Origin: a virus
IMG/VR virus record: IMGVR_UViG_3300034200_001185
Location: 32,001-96,000 of that record
Direction: 5' to 3' (one strand)
DNA length: 64,000 bases
Shown: positions 1 to 9,531 of the stretch, piece after piece
How positions within the stretch are numbered: the stretch's first letter is position 1
Layout: each line of letters starts with the position of its first letter
The notes under the pieces: model-generated
The model's database searches: none
Seen by the model: only the letters and a program-made list of their open reading frames with translations
Told to the model about the DNA's origin: nothing
Made by a program: the position numbers and the translations under genes

Positions 1-1
1 A

Positions 2-382
2 AGAGCAGTAAAGCAACTACCTCAAGCACGTAGAGTAATTACTGAAGGTACAAGAGTTCCAGAACCGTTGGCAGGGGTACCCGTAGCCGATCCCATCGTA
101 GTTAAAAAACCAGAGATGCTAGTAAGCGAACCTCCTAAACCAGTTATAGGATATGGCGCTGCTCCAAGCGCTGCTCCAAGCGCTGCTCCAAGCGCTGCTC
201 CAAGCGCTGCTCCAATCGAGCCTGTTATCGGTAGTGGCGGTGGCGGTGGGCATCCTTCTCCGTCACCAAAGTCGGTTGTACCTAAGTCGAATAGAAATAA
301 ATATCTACTCGCAGCGGGTCTTGCCGGCTTAGCCGGTGCTGGCGCCTATGCGTACAGCAGAAGAAATAAGGATAGAGATTAA
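2..382 (+). CDS. 5'-truncated Pro/Ala-rich protein with C-terminal Gly-rich hydrophobic anchor
   Basis: Frame open from base 2; (AAPS)5 repeat; ends KYLLAAGLAGLAGAGAYAYSRRNKDRD. Confidence 0.8.
   Translation, partial: RAVKQLPQARRVITEGTRVPEPLAGVPVADPIVVKKPEMLVSEPPKPVIGYGAAPSAAPSAAPSAAPSAAPIEPVIGSGGGGGHPSPSPKSVVPKSNRNKYLLAAGLAGLAGAGAYAYSRRNKDRD
156..215 (+). repeat. 5 x 12-bp coding tandem repeat GCGCTGCTCCAA (AAPS)
   Basis: Read directly from sequence. Confidence 0.95.
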
Positions 383-384
383 AA

Positions 385-1071
385 ATGTTTAGAGCAAGTC
401 GTTATAGATCCTCGTACTTAGAGAAATTAGCGGCAGCTGTAAACGTAATGAAGTTAAGAGCTGCGTTAGAGTCCGGAAAAGTTAATATAGACAAACTAGA
501 AAACGTACTAAACTCAGCTAAGGTTAAAAAATTAACCGGTAGTCACCTAGAAGACGCGATATCTGGTTTAGGAGAAGGTGCTAAAAGTAGACTAGGTTAC
601 GAAATAAACCCGGATATACATAAAGTATCAGACACGCATTACGGTAAAGCGCTTTCAGGTTTTACACGTAAGACAGAGGCTCAAATTCAAGAAGAGTACG
701 AAAGGGCTAGAATGGCGGGATTCAAGCCTACTCACAGTGATGCTCGTATGTCTAGCGCTGAGTCAGCCTCCGATGTGACAGCAGCCAAAGAAAAGGCTAA
801 AGAAATTATAAACGAGGCTAAACCGTCCTCCACCGGATTTACCGAGGAGGAGAGAAAAGCCTTTCTAGCAAATAGAGATACAGGCTCTAGTGGTGGTGGA
901 GGCGGTGGTGGAGGCGGTGGTGGAGGCGGTGGTCCTAGCTCAGCCGAATCTGCTAAAGACGTTATATCTGAGTCGAAATTTAATTATAAACCTTATGCGA
1001 TAGGTGCAGGTGTTGTAGGCGCGGGTGGTTTAGGAGCTTACCTTTACAACAAGAAAGACAAAAAGCGTTAA
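385..1071 (+). CDS. K-x-A tagged, tail-anchored Gly-zipper protein (putative virion-associated)
   Basis: SYLEKLAA near N-terminus; poly-Gly tract; C-terminal AIGAGVVGAGGLGAYLYNKKDKKR. Confidence 0.85.
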   Translation: MFRASRYRSSYLEKLAAAVNVMKLRAALESGKVNIDKLENVLNSAKVKKLTGSHLEDAISGLGEGAKSRLGYEINPDIHKVSDTHYGKALSGFTRKTEAQIQEEYERARMAGFKPTHSDARMSSAESASDVTAAKEKAKEIINEAKPSSTGFTEEERKAFLANRDTGSSGGGGGGGGGGGGGGPSSAESAKDVISESKFNYKPYAIGAGVVGAGGLGAYLYNKKDKKR

Positions 1072-1280
1072 TCTTTCTTTCTAGTGTTATAGTACACAGC
1101 GTTAACCCAATGATCTCTATCGGGTTTGATTTGCTTGGATCCTACTGGATAAATACCTAATTCCATAAGTTCTTGATCTCGAACAGTAAGTACGCGCATT
1201 GATTGAGCGTGTCTAACGGTTCTGTACATTCCAGAGTTTGCACTCTTACGTGGATTATAGTTTTTAAATGTTCTAGACAT
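1068..1280 (-). CDS. hypothetical protein
   Basis: 70-aa ORF overlapping the upstream glycosylase stop. Confidence 0.6.
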   Translation of the reverse strand: MSRTFKNYNPRKSANSGMYRTVRHAQSMRVLTVRDQELMELGIYPVGSKQIKPDRDHWVNAVYYNTRKKD

Positions 1281-1746
1281 TATTCATCCATTCCGGACTA
1301 TTTCTTTTCGTCCATTTGGCAAATTTAATTTTCTCGTACCGATAGTAATTTCGATACGCAAGGATTGAGTCACCTTCAACTTTACAGTATAAAGGCATTG
1401 CTTGTGCCGGACTTGTAAAACCGATTTTAGGCCTTACGATATCCGGCAACATCATGTAAGCAGTTGATGATAGATGTACTCTTCCATACCTAAATTCATA
1501 TTCGTATATCAGGCTAAAGGTTAAATCTCGTAGATACTTTTCGTTTTCATACGACTGCCTCGCCCAAATTGTACAAGGGTGATTTGTAAATCCAGGCGAA
1601 ACATATTTAATCTTATCAATACGTCTGTCTAAGTATAAATTCGTATAGAGCATTTGAAGGCTCTCAAGTATCATCTTGACTACGTGTTTGTCGCAGTGAT
1701 ATTGCGCACATACGACTGGATCGTGATCAAGATAGAATATGTTCAT
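1273..1746 (-). CDS. pyrimidine-dimer DNA glycosylase/endonuclease V (DenV-like family)
   Basis: MNIFYLD..P..CAQYHCDKHVVKMILES.QML and HPCTIWAR motifs. Confidence 0.85.
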   Translation of the reverse strand: MNIFYLDHDPVVCAQYHCDKHVVKMILESLQMLYTNLYLDRRIDKIKYVSPGFTNHPCTIWARQSYENEKYLRDLTFSLIYEYEFRYGRVHLSSTAYMMLPDIVRPKIGFTSPAQAMPLYCKVEGDSILAYRNYYRYEKIKFAKWTKRNSPEWMNNV

Positions 1747-2346
1747 TCATTCTTCGTTTCTATCGAATACAATGTTAGCGAGTTGACTACCTGACTCGTA
1801 CAAATCTCTTTTCAAAGAGCTGTCGTTGTACCCAAGTTGGTTTAGGTAACATAGACAGAGATCGATCAATGTTGTACGAGATCTACGCATGATCTCCGTG
1901 CTTGTGCATAGTTCCGTGAATGCTTCATCAACATCGTTTAAGCCGTTTTCGATGTTGAATTTGATTCCCTTACCGATTAACGAACTCGCAATCAGCACGG
2001 GTTTCTTTGCGAATACGCGGAAGGGGTGATCATCGAAGTCCCAGGGTCCTGTTAAGAACAAGTGAATTGCATCGATGAACATCGCTTTCATCGCTTCCTT
2101 ATCGGAAGGATAGGTGGTTGTATCACTTGACACGGCGCATGCTCCGTTGTTGTGATCGATTACTGTGTAGCCTTCCTTGAGATTTACGCCTTCGCTTGAT
2201 CTTCCGGCGATGATTGTGTTTTCCTTCAAGTAAGTAACGATTGCATTTACTTCAGCTTGGCTTAGGCTTACACTTGTTAGCGCATCTGTTGCACGCTTTT
2301 GACTACCGAAGTAGACGCTCCATTCAGTTTTAACATCGAATTTCAT
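1747..2346 (-). CDS. hypothetical protein
   Basis: 199-aa ORF with SD (AGGAG), abutting next gene. Confidence 0.75.
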   Translation of the reverse strand: MKFDVKTEWSVYFGSQKRATDALTSVSLSQAEVNAIVTYLKENTIIAGRSSEGVNLKEGYTVIDHNNGACAVSSDTTTYPSDKEAMKAMFIDAIHLFLTGPWDFDDHPFRVFAKKPVLIASSLIGKGIKFNIENGLNDVDEAFTELCTSTEIMRRSRTTLIDLCLCYLNQLGYNDSSLKRDLYESGSQLANIVFDRNEE

Positions 2347-2359
2347 TTTGTTTGTTCTC

Positions 2360-2692
2360 CTATTGAACTTGTTGTTTACGCAGAACGCTTGCTGCGAGGG
2401 GTTTAAGTGTTATGGGATCTCGCTCGAATCCGGCGGGATACCATACATCCGATCTTGATGGGCAGAGCCTTTCGACTCTTGATGACACAATATAAATCGT
2501 GTCGTCTTCTGGTTCGGGAATGTCTACTAAGTAGTCGTAGACGATTTCCCTCTGCACTTCTCCATAAGGAGTCTTGACTCGCTGTGTCGTGCTTACACAG
2601 CGTATTGGGTTTCGTTCCGCTGACAGTGATATTACTGCACCATTAGCACCTCGCATGATTACGTCATGTGGCGTTAGGTTGATGTATTTCAT
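2360..2692 (-). CDS. conserved phage hypothetical protein
   Basis: Likely start MKYINLTPHD after SD GAAAGG; PEPEDDTIYIVSS pattern common in phage ORFs. Confidence 0.7.
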   Translation of the reverse strand: MKYINLTPHDVIMRGANGAVISLSAERNPIRCVSTTQRVKTPYGEVQREIVYDYLVDIPEPEDDTIYIVSSRVERLCPSRSDVWYPAGFERDPITLKPLAASVLRKQQVQ

Positions 2693-2790
2693 CTCAATAC
2701 CTTTCTCGTTGAAATTTAGCGACAAGTTGTATATTCTTGTGCATATAGTTATCACATTAAAAATGCGTAATTTTTACGTTTGGAGGCACG

Positions 2791-3258
2791 ATGATAGTTA
2801 GACAAGGAAACCGCTATCAGTTGATTTCACGAGACGGATCTAAGGTACTCGGAAATCACGATACTAAACAAAGCGCTATTAAGCAGGAACTCGCTATCGA
2901 ATATAGTAAGGCTAGAAAAGCGTTAAGCGAGAAAACTGCCGAAGTAGAGTATCGCGGGCAAACTTTCTCCGGTTATAATAAGCCTAAAGAAGCGCCTCCA
3001 GGTGATGTACATAAAATGGTCGTACTTGCTAAGAAAGGCGATCAAGTAAAAATCGTAAGATTCGGACATAGAGATTACGGGCATAACTATTCAAAAGACG
3101 CAAAAAGTAATTATTTACAAAGATCCGCAGGTATTCGGGATAAAAATGGTAATCTAACAAAAGATGATCCGTTTTCAGCTAACTATTGGGCGAGACGCGT
3201 TCTTTGGCCACAAAACAAAAAGGCAGACGGTAAAGCAAACTTAGGAGCAAATAAATGA
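2791..3258 (+). CDS. two-domain basic protein joined by SEKTA linker (C-terminal domain DUF6321-like)
   Basis: FSGYNKPK..HKMVVLAKKGDQVKIVRFG..FSANYWARR; family name from memory. Confidence 0.75.
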   Translation: MIVRQGNRYQLISRDGSKVLGNHDTKQSAIKQELAIEYSKARKALSEKTAEVEYRGQTFSGYNKPKEAPPGDVHKMVVLAKKGDQVKIVRFGHRDYGHNYSKDAKSNYLQRSAGIRDKNGNLTKDDPFSANYWARRVLWPQNKKADGKANLGANK

Positions 3259-4526
3259 ACGAACGATTGTATAATCTACTAAGCATGGAAAAAAACGCAG
3301 CAGATGCGTTGACCAGAGCAATTAGGTATGCACAAAAGCATGAAAATACCGTACAAAACTTGTACACACAATTGGGTAAAACCAAAAATCCTGCGCAGAA
3401 GCAAATTATTCAAGACCAGATAAATAGAGCACAGGCTAACTTGGATAAAGCGAAGAAGACAATGAGCAGCGCTCCTAAAGAGCGTTTGGCCGGCGCAACT
3501 GAGCATATAAGCAATGTTGACAAAACTAACAAGAGTATCTCAAAGCATATAGATGCTATTGAGAGTGATGATGTCACTAGAGCGTATCAACATAACATAA
3601 ATAATTTGAAGGGGAAGAGTAAAAACCTAAACGAGCAGTTAAATGCACAACAGCAACAAAAGCCAAAAAAAGAAGGCATTTTGTCTAGAATTAGAAACTT
3701 TATAACGGGCAACAATCCTAAAGAAATCGATAAAAATCAGTTGACACAGCAAAGGCTGATGGAGATGCAACCAATACGTAACGAACGTAGTAATATACAA
3801 AAAAAGCAGAAAGATATGGAATCTGGACTTAGAGAACGAAAAAAGCTACTGGGGAACTTAGAGCCAAATAAGAAGGCAAAGGACTATGTTGGCACAGTCG
3901 CTAAGGATCAGATGGCGGAATCCGCGTCAAGAAGTCGTGGGTATCAGAGCGAAAAAAGTGTAGGTCACGTCCACTTCTTAAACGATAAAGTAACCGAGAG
4001 TCAGGCAATTAATCAAGCGAATCAAAGTCGTAAGTTTTCGGGTGAAAAAAAGACTACCGTAGTTACTCCTAATTCTCGTGCCAAACATGATATAAGGGAA
4101 GGAGAGACGCTAGCAGAGGCGAGAAAAAGAAAGCTAGAAGAGAAAGAATTAGCTAAACAAAAGACCATCGAGCAGGTACAAGCGCAACAACCAGTAGTAC
4201 AAGCGCAACAACCCGTAGTACAAGCGCAACAACCCGTAGTACAAGCGCAACAACCCGTAGTACAAGCACAACAACCCGTAGTACAAGCGCAACAACCCGT
4301 AGTACAAGCACAACAACCCGTAGTACAAGCGCAACAACCCGTAGTACAAGCACAACAACCCGTAGTACAAGCACAACAGCCTTCAGGCCCTAGCATCGGA
4401 AACTTAGTTAATCCTAATTATGCATCTGATCCAAGCAACAATAAATATATGTGGCCTGTATTAGGTGGATCCGCTGGACTTCTTGCTGGGGGCTATGCCT
4501 TAGGACGATCCAATAACGACAGATAG
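3255..4526 (+). CDS. K-x-A tagged, tail-anchored coiled-coil protein
   Basis: SMEKNAA; (VQAQQPV)10; ends YMWPVLGGSAGLLAGGYALGRSNNDR. Confidence 0.85.
   Translation: MNERLYNLLSMEKNAADALTRAIRYAQKHENTVQNLYTQLGKTKNPAQKQIIQDQINRAQANLDKAKKTMSSAPKERLAGATEHISNVDKTNKSISKHIDAIESDDVTRAYQHNINNLKGKSKNLNEQLNAQQQQKPKKEGILSRIRNFITGNNPKEIDKNQLTQQRLMEMQPIRNERSNIQKKQKDMESGLRERKKLLGNLEPNKKAKDYVGTVAKDQMAESASRSRGYQSEKSVGHVHFLNDKVTESQAINQANQSRKFSGEKKTTVVTPNSRAKHDIREGETLAEARKRKLEEKELAKQKTIEQVQAQQPVVQAQQPVVQAQQPVVQAQQPVVQAQQPVVQAQQPVVQAQQPVVQAQQPVVQAQQPVVQAQQPSGPSIGNLVNPNYASDPSNNKYMWPVLGGSAGLLAGGYALGRSNNDR
4176..4385 (+). repeat. 10 x 21-bp coding tandem repeat (VQAQQPV)
   Basis: GTACAAGC(G/A)CAACAACCCGTA units. 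Confidence 0.95.
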
Positions 4527-4536
4527 GAGAATAAAA

Positions 4537-5763
4537 ATGAATGAGAGATTATATAACTGCATAGAGAAGTTAGCCGCTATTAGTAGCGTGAAAACTTTCA
4601 CTAACGCTAGAGATAAGTTCGTAAAAGGGCTTAAGAACATACAGAGGATAAGTTCCCAAGACGGAACACCTCAAGTAATTGGGAAAAGAATAGAAGACGC
4701 CTATGAGAAGAATCTAGATGCGTTTGTGCGTAATTCAGGTGTAAGTATGACACCAGAAGACAAGAAAAAACTTATTAGCGATTATCTACATTCCGATGGA
4801 AATAGAAATGACGCTCTTACCCACGTAAAAAACCTTTTCAAAAAGGATATGTCTGATGCGGATTCCACCGCATTTGAGGCTGGTATGCTTGGTAAAATGC
4901 AAGGAAAGGCTATTAATAATGCAAGGAAAGCCGGAAGAATAGCTGGCATCGATGCTAAGAATATGGGGGAATACGAAGTGAGTTCCGAACTAGCTCGGAA
5001 CTCAAGCGCAAGGGGCGACTTGTATCAGAAGAGAAACTTCTTGGAGGGTGATGTTACAAGAGTACAAGATATGAGAGAGAAAGCTCGAGATCTTAGAATT
5101 CAAAAGAAAGTAGAAGGGATTCATAACCCAACCATCAAACAACAAAAGATTGACGAGTTGGAAAAAATATACAACGACCATTCCAAATCGACACAAAAGG
5201 GGAGAAAGGGTAAAAGGATAACCGCTCACCAACGTATACGGGAAGGTTTTGATCCGAGAATAGGAGATTTGGATTCTAATAGCTCAGCACTGATGGATAG
5301 ACACAGACAGCTTTCGGACGCTAAAAAGGTATCGCCTGACCCAGTCGTACCACCAAAATCGCCTGACCCATTCGTACCACCAAAATCGCCTGACCCAGTC
5401 GTACCACCAAAATCGCCTGACCCAGTCGTACCACCAAAATCGCCTGACCCAGTCGTACCACCAAAATCGCCTGACCCAGCCTCACCATCCGATTTCAAAT
5501 CGCATAGAGAAGCTGAAACAGCAATTGAAAGATCAAACGAAAATTCGGAAAGAATGAGACAGATTTCTGGTAGAAATGATCACGATCATTATAACATCGG
5601 AGGTGGAGGCGGAGGCGGAGGTGGTGGCGGAAACCCTAAAACACATGTAACTACGAAAAAGAAAGACTATATGTGGCCTGTCCTTGCGGGTGTTGGCGCA
5701 GGCGCGGGTATAGGCGGACTATATTTGTATAACAAGAATAAGAAAAGAGATAAGGAAGATTAG
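4537..5763 (+). CDS. K-x-A tagged, tail-anchored protein
   Basis: MNERLYNCIEKLAA (same MNERLYN start as previous gene); SPDPVVPPK repeats; ends YMWPVLAGVGAGAGIGGLYLYNKNKK. Confidence 0.85.
   Translation: MNERLYNCIEKLAAISSVKTFTNARDKFVKGLKNIQRISSQDGTPQVIGKRIEDAYEKNLDAFVRNSGVSMTPEDKKKLISDYLHSDGNRNDALTHVKNLFKKDMSDADSTAFEAGMLGKMQGKAINNARKAGRIAGIDAKNMGEYEVSSELARNSSARGDLYQKRNFLEGDVTRVQDMREKARDLRIQKKVEGIHNPTIKQQKIDELEKIYNDHSKSTQKGRKGKRITAHQRIREGFDPRIGDLDSNSSALMDRHRQLSDAKKVSPDPVVPPKSPDPFVPPKSPDPVVPPKSPDPVVPPKSPDPVVPPKSPDPASPSDFKSHREAETAIERSNENSERMRQISGRNDHDHYNIGGGGGGGGGGGNPKTHVTTKKKDYMWPVLAGVGAGAGIGGLYLYNKNKKRDKED
5332..5478 (+). repeat. ~5.5 x 27-bp coding tandem repeat (SPDPVVPPK)
   Basis: TCGCCTGACCCAGTCGTACCACCAAAA units. 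Confidence 0.95.
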
Positions 5764-5789
5764 TAGATAGCAATAATAGTCGTTGTTAT

Positions 5790-5826
5790 GTGATAATATA
5801 TTGTCAAAAACAAAGCGAATACGCTT
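5790..5826 (+). promoter_or_regulatory. GTGATAA promoter core plus AAGCG-AATA-CGCTT hairpin
   Basis: Plus-strand copy of motifs found upstream of many minus-strand accessory genes. Confidence 0.65.
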
Positions 5827-5851
5827 AACTTTAACTAAAAGGAAAACGACT

Positions 5852-6667
5852 ATGCCAAACTGGTGCTCAAATAACATTCGTGCAGAATTCAAGGAAAACA
5901 AAGAAGCGCGCAACTTCTTCACTAACCTCGTAAACTCAATCAATGGGAAGGAAGAACGCTTGGAAAGCAAGCTATGGGACGACTCAATGGAAAAGGCAAA
6001 ACGCGAGGATGTGTGGTTTATAGGCGGAAAGAATGCAGGCTTACTTACCTTACTTTCTCCCCTAGGCGAGAACTCTTACGATTATAATATCGAAGGGTGG
6101 GGTACGAAATGGGATGTTCCGCAAAGTGAAGTATCCGCGTCTATGGACTTGGATGGAAATGGTTGTACGTTATCTTTTGTTAGCGCTTGGTCACCTCCAA
6201 TCAATGCGATACAAATCTTTGCAGAAAGATTACGGAATATCGATCGCGGTAAGATTTATCTCAAGATAACCTTCGATGAAGGCGGTATGAACTTTATGGG
6301 GTACTCTAAACTGCATTGGGCAGATTGGGAATTCGTAGAAGAAACGGATACAATCGATGAGGTATATAATCGCGCTAAGGCTGGGGATAAAGAAGCGCTA
6401 GAGTTTATCGAGGAATCGAATTGGTCGATTGAGGATCTCGAAGAGTCATATGAATTGCCTTGGATTGTGGTCGATGATGATAAGGATGATAACGAGGATG
6501 ACGATAGCAGCGGAGAGTATGCAATCGATACTATATGCGATAAGTGCGGAGATGAGGATTGCACAAACACGGATCATTTTGACTCTCATAACCTACCGAA
6601 GCAATTCGTAGAGGAAATGAAAGAGTTTGTAGAGATGATACATAAGAAAAGCGAAGATAAGAAATAA
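5852..6667 (+). CDS. YubB/DUF1281-like ferredoxin-fold protein with acidic C-terminus
   Basis: MPNWCSN start after SD AAGGAAAA; WGTKWD, F.SAWSPP and DEGGM.F.G motifs. Confidence 0.75.
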   Translation: MPNWCSNNIRAEFKENKEARNFFTNLVNSINGKEERLESKLWDDSMEKAKREDVWFIGGKNAGLLTLLSPLGENSYDYNIEGWGTKWDVPQSEVSASMDLDGNGCTLSFVSAWSPPINAIQIFAERLRNIDRGKIYLKITFDEGGMNFMGYSKLHWADWEFVEETDTIDEVYNRAKAGDKEALEFIEESNWSIEDLEESYELPWIVVDDDKDDNEDDDSSGEYAIDTICDKCGDEDCTNTDHFDSHNLPKQFVEEMKEFVEMIHKKSEDKK

Positions 6668-6695
6668 CTAATACGTCTACGGATACGTAGATTAA

Positions 6696-6730
6696 ACTAA
6701 AGACACACGTTCTTTTTCTTAGCCCTTTTT
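6696..6730 (+). terminator. intrinsic terminator of the conserved CTTAGCC-U-tract family
   Basis: TTTTTCTTAGCCCTTTTT downstream of the 5852 gene; same arm as minus-strand copies. Confidence 0.6.
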
Positions 6731-7090
6731 ATCATTCTTCTTTTTCAAATGGCGATATAATGCGTATCCACCAAGTCCTACCAAGCCGGCACCTATAATA
6801 GGTCTTAGCGTGTTATTCTTTTTTAAAGTATTCGGCGTTTCAATTCCTTTATCGTCCAACATGCTCATATAATCATGATCTCGCTTATTTACTCTTTCTA
6901 TCGTTTTATTGTATTCATCCATAGCATCGTCTAATTTCTTCTTCTGGATTTGAATTCTTTTATTCCGCTCTTCACCGCTTTTATTTAAATGATCACGTAA
7001 GTCGTCAGTGTATTTTTTTATTTCTTCAACACTCATATCTTTCGGATCTTTTGGCGGTTTTGGTATGGACGCACTCTTATGTAAATACAT
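6719..7090 (-). CDS. K-x-A tagged, tail-anchored small protein
   Basis: MYLHKSAS; ends PIIGAGLVGLGGYALYRHLKKK. Confidence 0.8.
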   Translation of the reverse strand: MYLHKSASIPKPPKDPKDMSVEEIKKYTDDLRDHLNKSGEERNKRIQIQKKKLDDAMDEYNKTIERVNKRDHDYMSMLDDKGIETPNTLKKNNTLRPIIGAGLVGLGGYALYRHLKKKNDKKG

Positions 7091-7094
7091 GTTA

Positions 7095-7379
7095 TTATCC
7101 TTTCTTATGATCGTGTAGATATAAACCGAGTCTACCGCCAGCTACCGCTCCTACTATACCTGCAGCAGGTATAGTCACTTTCCGATAATTCTTAAGAGCA
7201 TTGATTTTCTTCTCCGCTAGAGAATGAGCGGCTATCGCACCTATGGACATCGGAACTGCTCCGAGTAACGCCGCTGATTCTCTTTCTCTCTCAAGCTCTT
7301 TTGCGAGTAATTCTCTTCTTATCTTGTCTTGTCTGCTTATTCTGTCGTAAGCAATCTTAGTAAGATAGTAATCGCTCAT
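7095..7379 (-). CDS. K-x-A tagged Gly-zipper membrane protein
   Basis: YYLTKIAY; two Gly/Ala hydrophobic helices. Confidence 0.8.
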   Translation of the reverse strand: MSDYYLTKIAYDRISRQDKIRRELLAKELERERESAALLGAVPMSIGAIAAHSLAEKKINALKNYRKVTIPAAGIVGAVAGGRLGLYLHDHKKG

Positions 7380-7442
7380 ATCTATTCCTCCTTAAACGTA
7401 TCTTGTAACTAATGTATATCATACAAACGCGCTTTAGCAATC

Positions 7443-7640
7443 TTAGTTTAAGTATAAGTTCCATATCGAAATACAAGCGTCTCTTCGTTCCTTTTCCCAC
7501 GTATCTGACTCGTCATTACTGCGTCTAAACTCGATTAGGCAATAAGGCTTTTTATCGAATGTAATGCTTAGCTTTACAAAGCGAGTAGTACATAATAACT
7601 CGCCTTCCCATTCTCCGTGTTTTAAATTCTGAATGCTCAT
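7443..7640 (-). CDS. hypothetical protein
   Basis: Likely start MSIQNLK after SD AAAGGAA. Confidence 0.55.
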   Translation of the reverse strand: MSIQNLKHGEWEGELLCTTRFVKLSITFDKKPYCLIEFRRSNDESDTWEKERRDACISIWNLYLN

Positions 7641-7747
7641 ATACGTTCCTTTCGTAATTGATTTCATACGATAACACAAAGCGATTATTTTGAACATTCA
7701 AAACGAAACGTGTTCAATAATCGCATATTTTGAACAATAGAAATAAA

Positions 7748-7785
7748 GGCTAAGAAAAACGTTCTGGTCTTCGTTTCCCTTTAGG
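7748..7785 (-). terminator. conserved terminator hairpin
   Basis: GGCTAAGAAAAACGTTCTGGTCTTCG (plus strand) just after the 7790 stop. Confidence 0.7.
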
Positions 7786-7789
7786 TATG

Positions 7790-8167
7790 TTAACTTGCTA
7801 CAATAGCACCAGCAATCGCGACAAGTAGCACAGCAATAACATACTTTGGTTGCCATCCGAAATACCAGCTGTACACTATTACATCGAAAAGAACCTGGAA
7901 TATGGTGAAGAACACCAACCCTTTTAAAGGTCCGATTTCATTCTTCACGAATATCCAATTGTTCATTCCGATGTATGTAGTGAAACCGCTTATACATATC
8001 CACCATACAAGTGGGTTTATCCTATCAATTCCCAATGTCTCACTAGGATTAGATTTGATGAATGACAGTACGCACAAGAGCGTACTTGCAAGTACGCTTA
8101 TTACCCAATACCATAAGCTATCCATACGAATACCTTTGAAACCCTTTTCGCTATAACGCAGATACAT
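7790..8167 (-). CDS. small multi-pass membrane protein
   Basis: Four hydrophobic segments; start may be MDSLWY at 8125. Confidence 0.7.
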   Translation of the reverse strand: MYLRYSEKGFKGIRMDSLWYWVISVLASTLLCVLSFIKSNPSETLGIDRINPLVWWICISGFTTYIGMNNWIFVKNEIGPLKGLVFFTIFQVLFDVIVYSWYFGWQPKYVIAVLLVAIAGAIVAS

Positions 8168-8262
8168 ATAACTACAAAGCGTATCATATATACCGAGAAT
8201 AAGGGTAGATTTCCGACTCCTTTTTCCTATATCCTTATCACGATTTAATACTCTTATTTTCG

Positions 8263-9519
8263 CTAGTAATACTTAGCGTTTCCTTTAACCTTAGCGGAGC
8301 TTGTATTCGATATATACTGAGTATCTGCGTTTAACTTCTTATTGTCCGTTGCTACCTGCTCTTTGTGCGAAAGATTGTCCCACTTCTTCTTTGGTAGATA
8401 GCGTGATGTAGATCCGTCTGACTTCTGTGCGATTTCAGATGTGCCTGGTCGTGTTTGCCAATCTTGCTTTGTCCACTTACGCATGGAGTTATTTGCAGGC
8501 GTAGGCTTCTTACCGGAGTATGTACCGCCCTTATCCTTATACAGCTTAACGGCTAGCTGCATTGCTCTTGCGCTATGCTTTCCGCCCATTTTCGCTTTTG
8601 CTTCTTGCTTTGCCTGTTCCCACTTTTGTGGATCGCGCTTAACTGCAACTGCTGACGCTGTCTTCGTATTCGGCTCTTTTATGTACCAATGCATGCCTTC
8701 AACCATCGACTTGTTGCCCTTTACGTATCCAGCTTTTAAATGCGCTTTTATACTTGCAATATTTGTGTCTTCTATTAGCACTTTGGACTTCTTGTCAGCC
8801 ATATAATCACCGATTGCCTTAGAAGCTAAACCTTGTCCACGGTATTCCGGTCTTACGTATAAAGCGCCTACTCTATGATAACCATTCTCTTCTCTAGGCG
8901 TAAAGAATCCGACAACTTCATTATCCTTATGAATTGCTACTCTGTTTACCTTCTTATTTGGATATACGTAGCCTTCTATATCCTTATCCTTATTTGCATC
9001 TAATAGCAATTTTCTAGGAATAACAGAGGCTGTCTTCGTATGAACTGGTGTAAAGTATGTTAATCGATTGCCGATTGGGTCGTATATCGTTGAATCCCTA
9101 TCGCCCCATTCTCTTGTTGTTGGTTTACTTGCGTCTATGCCTTTATTGGATAAATACCGATGTGCCTTGTCTACGTTTTGTACTCTCTTACTCATTCGCC
9201 AAGGACTTGTTGAACGTTCTCCGTCGTGCATAAGCTCTATTACGGTATTCTTGCCTATCCTAAACATAGATCCCTTATCGCCTGGATCGTCCCAACTCGT
9301 TTCCTCTTCGAAACCTAGTTTATTATAAAAGTCTCTCGTTTTATAATAATCCTTTTCGTTCTTTATATACGTAATATGTCTCGAATCTTTAGACATAAGT
9401 GGATTTGATGACGCTATCTTCTCAAGCTCATCTATAAATGCGTATATCATGTATTCATTCATGTCGTTTCTTATCCTTGTTAGTGTTATCATACAAATAA
9501 CATAATACACGATAAACAA
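8263..9519 (-). CDS. multidomain protein: tag, VOC/glyoxalase, KTAS, GNAT acetyltransferase, KTAS, DUF5872-like basic domain
   Basis: VOC: TRDFYNKLGF..EWGDRDSTIYDPIGNRL; GNAT: LYVRPEYRGQGLASK..N.ASIKAHLKAGY; likely start 9462. Confidence 0.85.
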   Translation of the reverse strand: MFIVYYVICMITLTRIRNDMNEYMIYAFIDELEKIASSNPLMSKDSRHITYIKNEKDYYKTRDFYNKLGFEEETSWDDPGDKGSMFRIGKNTVIELMHDGERSTSPWRMSKRVQNVDKAHRYLSNKGIDASKPTTREWGDRDSTIYDPIGNRLTYFTPVHTKTASVIPRKLLLDANKDKDIEGYVYPNKKVNRVAIHKDNEVVGFFTPREENGYHRVGALYVRPEYRGQGLASKAIGDYMADKKSKVLIEDTNIASIKAHLKAGYVKGNKSMVEGMHWYIKEPNTKTASAVAVKRDPQKWEQAKQEAKAKMGGKHSARAMQLAVKLYKDKGGTYSGKKPTPANNSMRKWTKQDWQTRPGTSEIAQKSDGSTSRYLPKKKWDNLSHKEQVATDNKKLNADTQYISNTSSAKVKGNAKYY

Positions 9520-9531
9520 TACGAGTAAACT

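Noticed and set aside
4022-4396. Antisense ORFs with CCACTTG, LLCLYYG and LRVVALV repeats (also 5226-5498)
   Set aside because: Shadow frames of stop-free coding tandem repeats on the opposite strand
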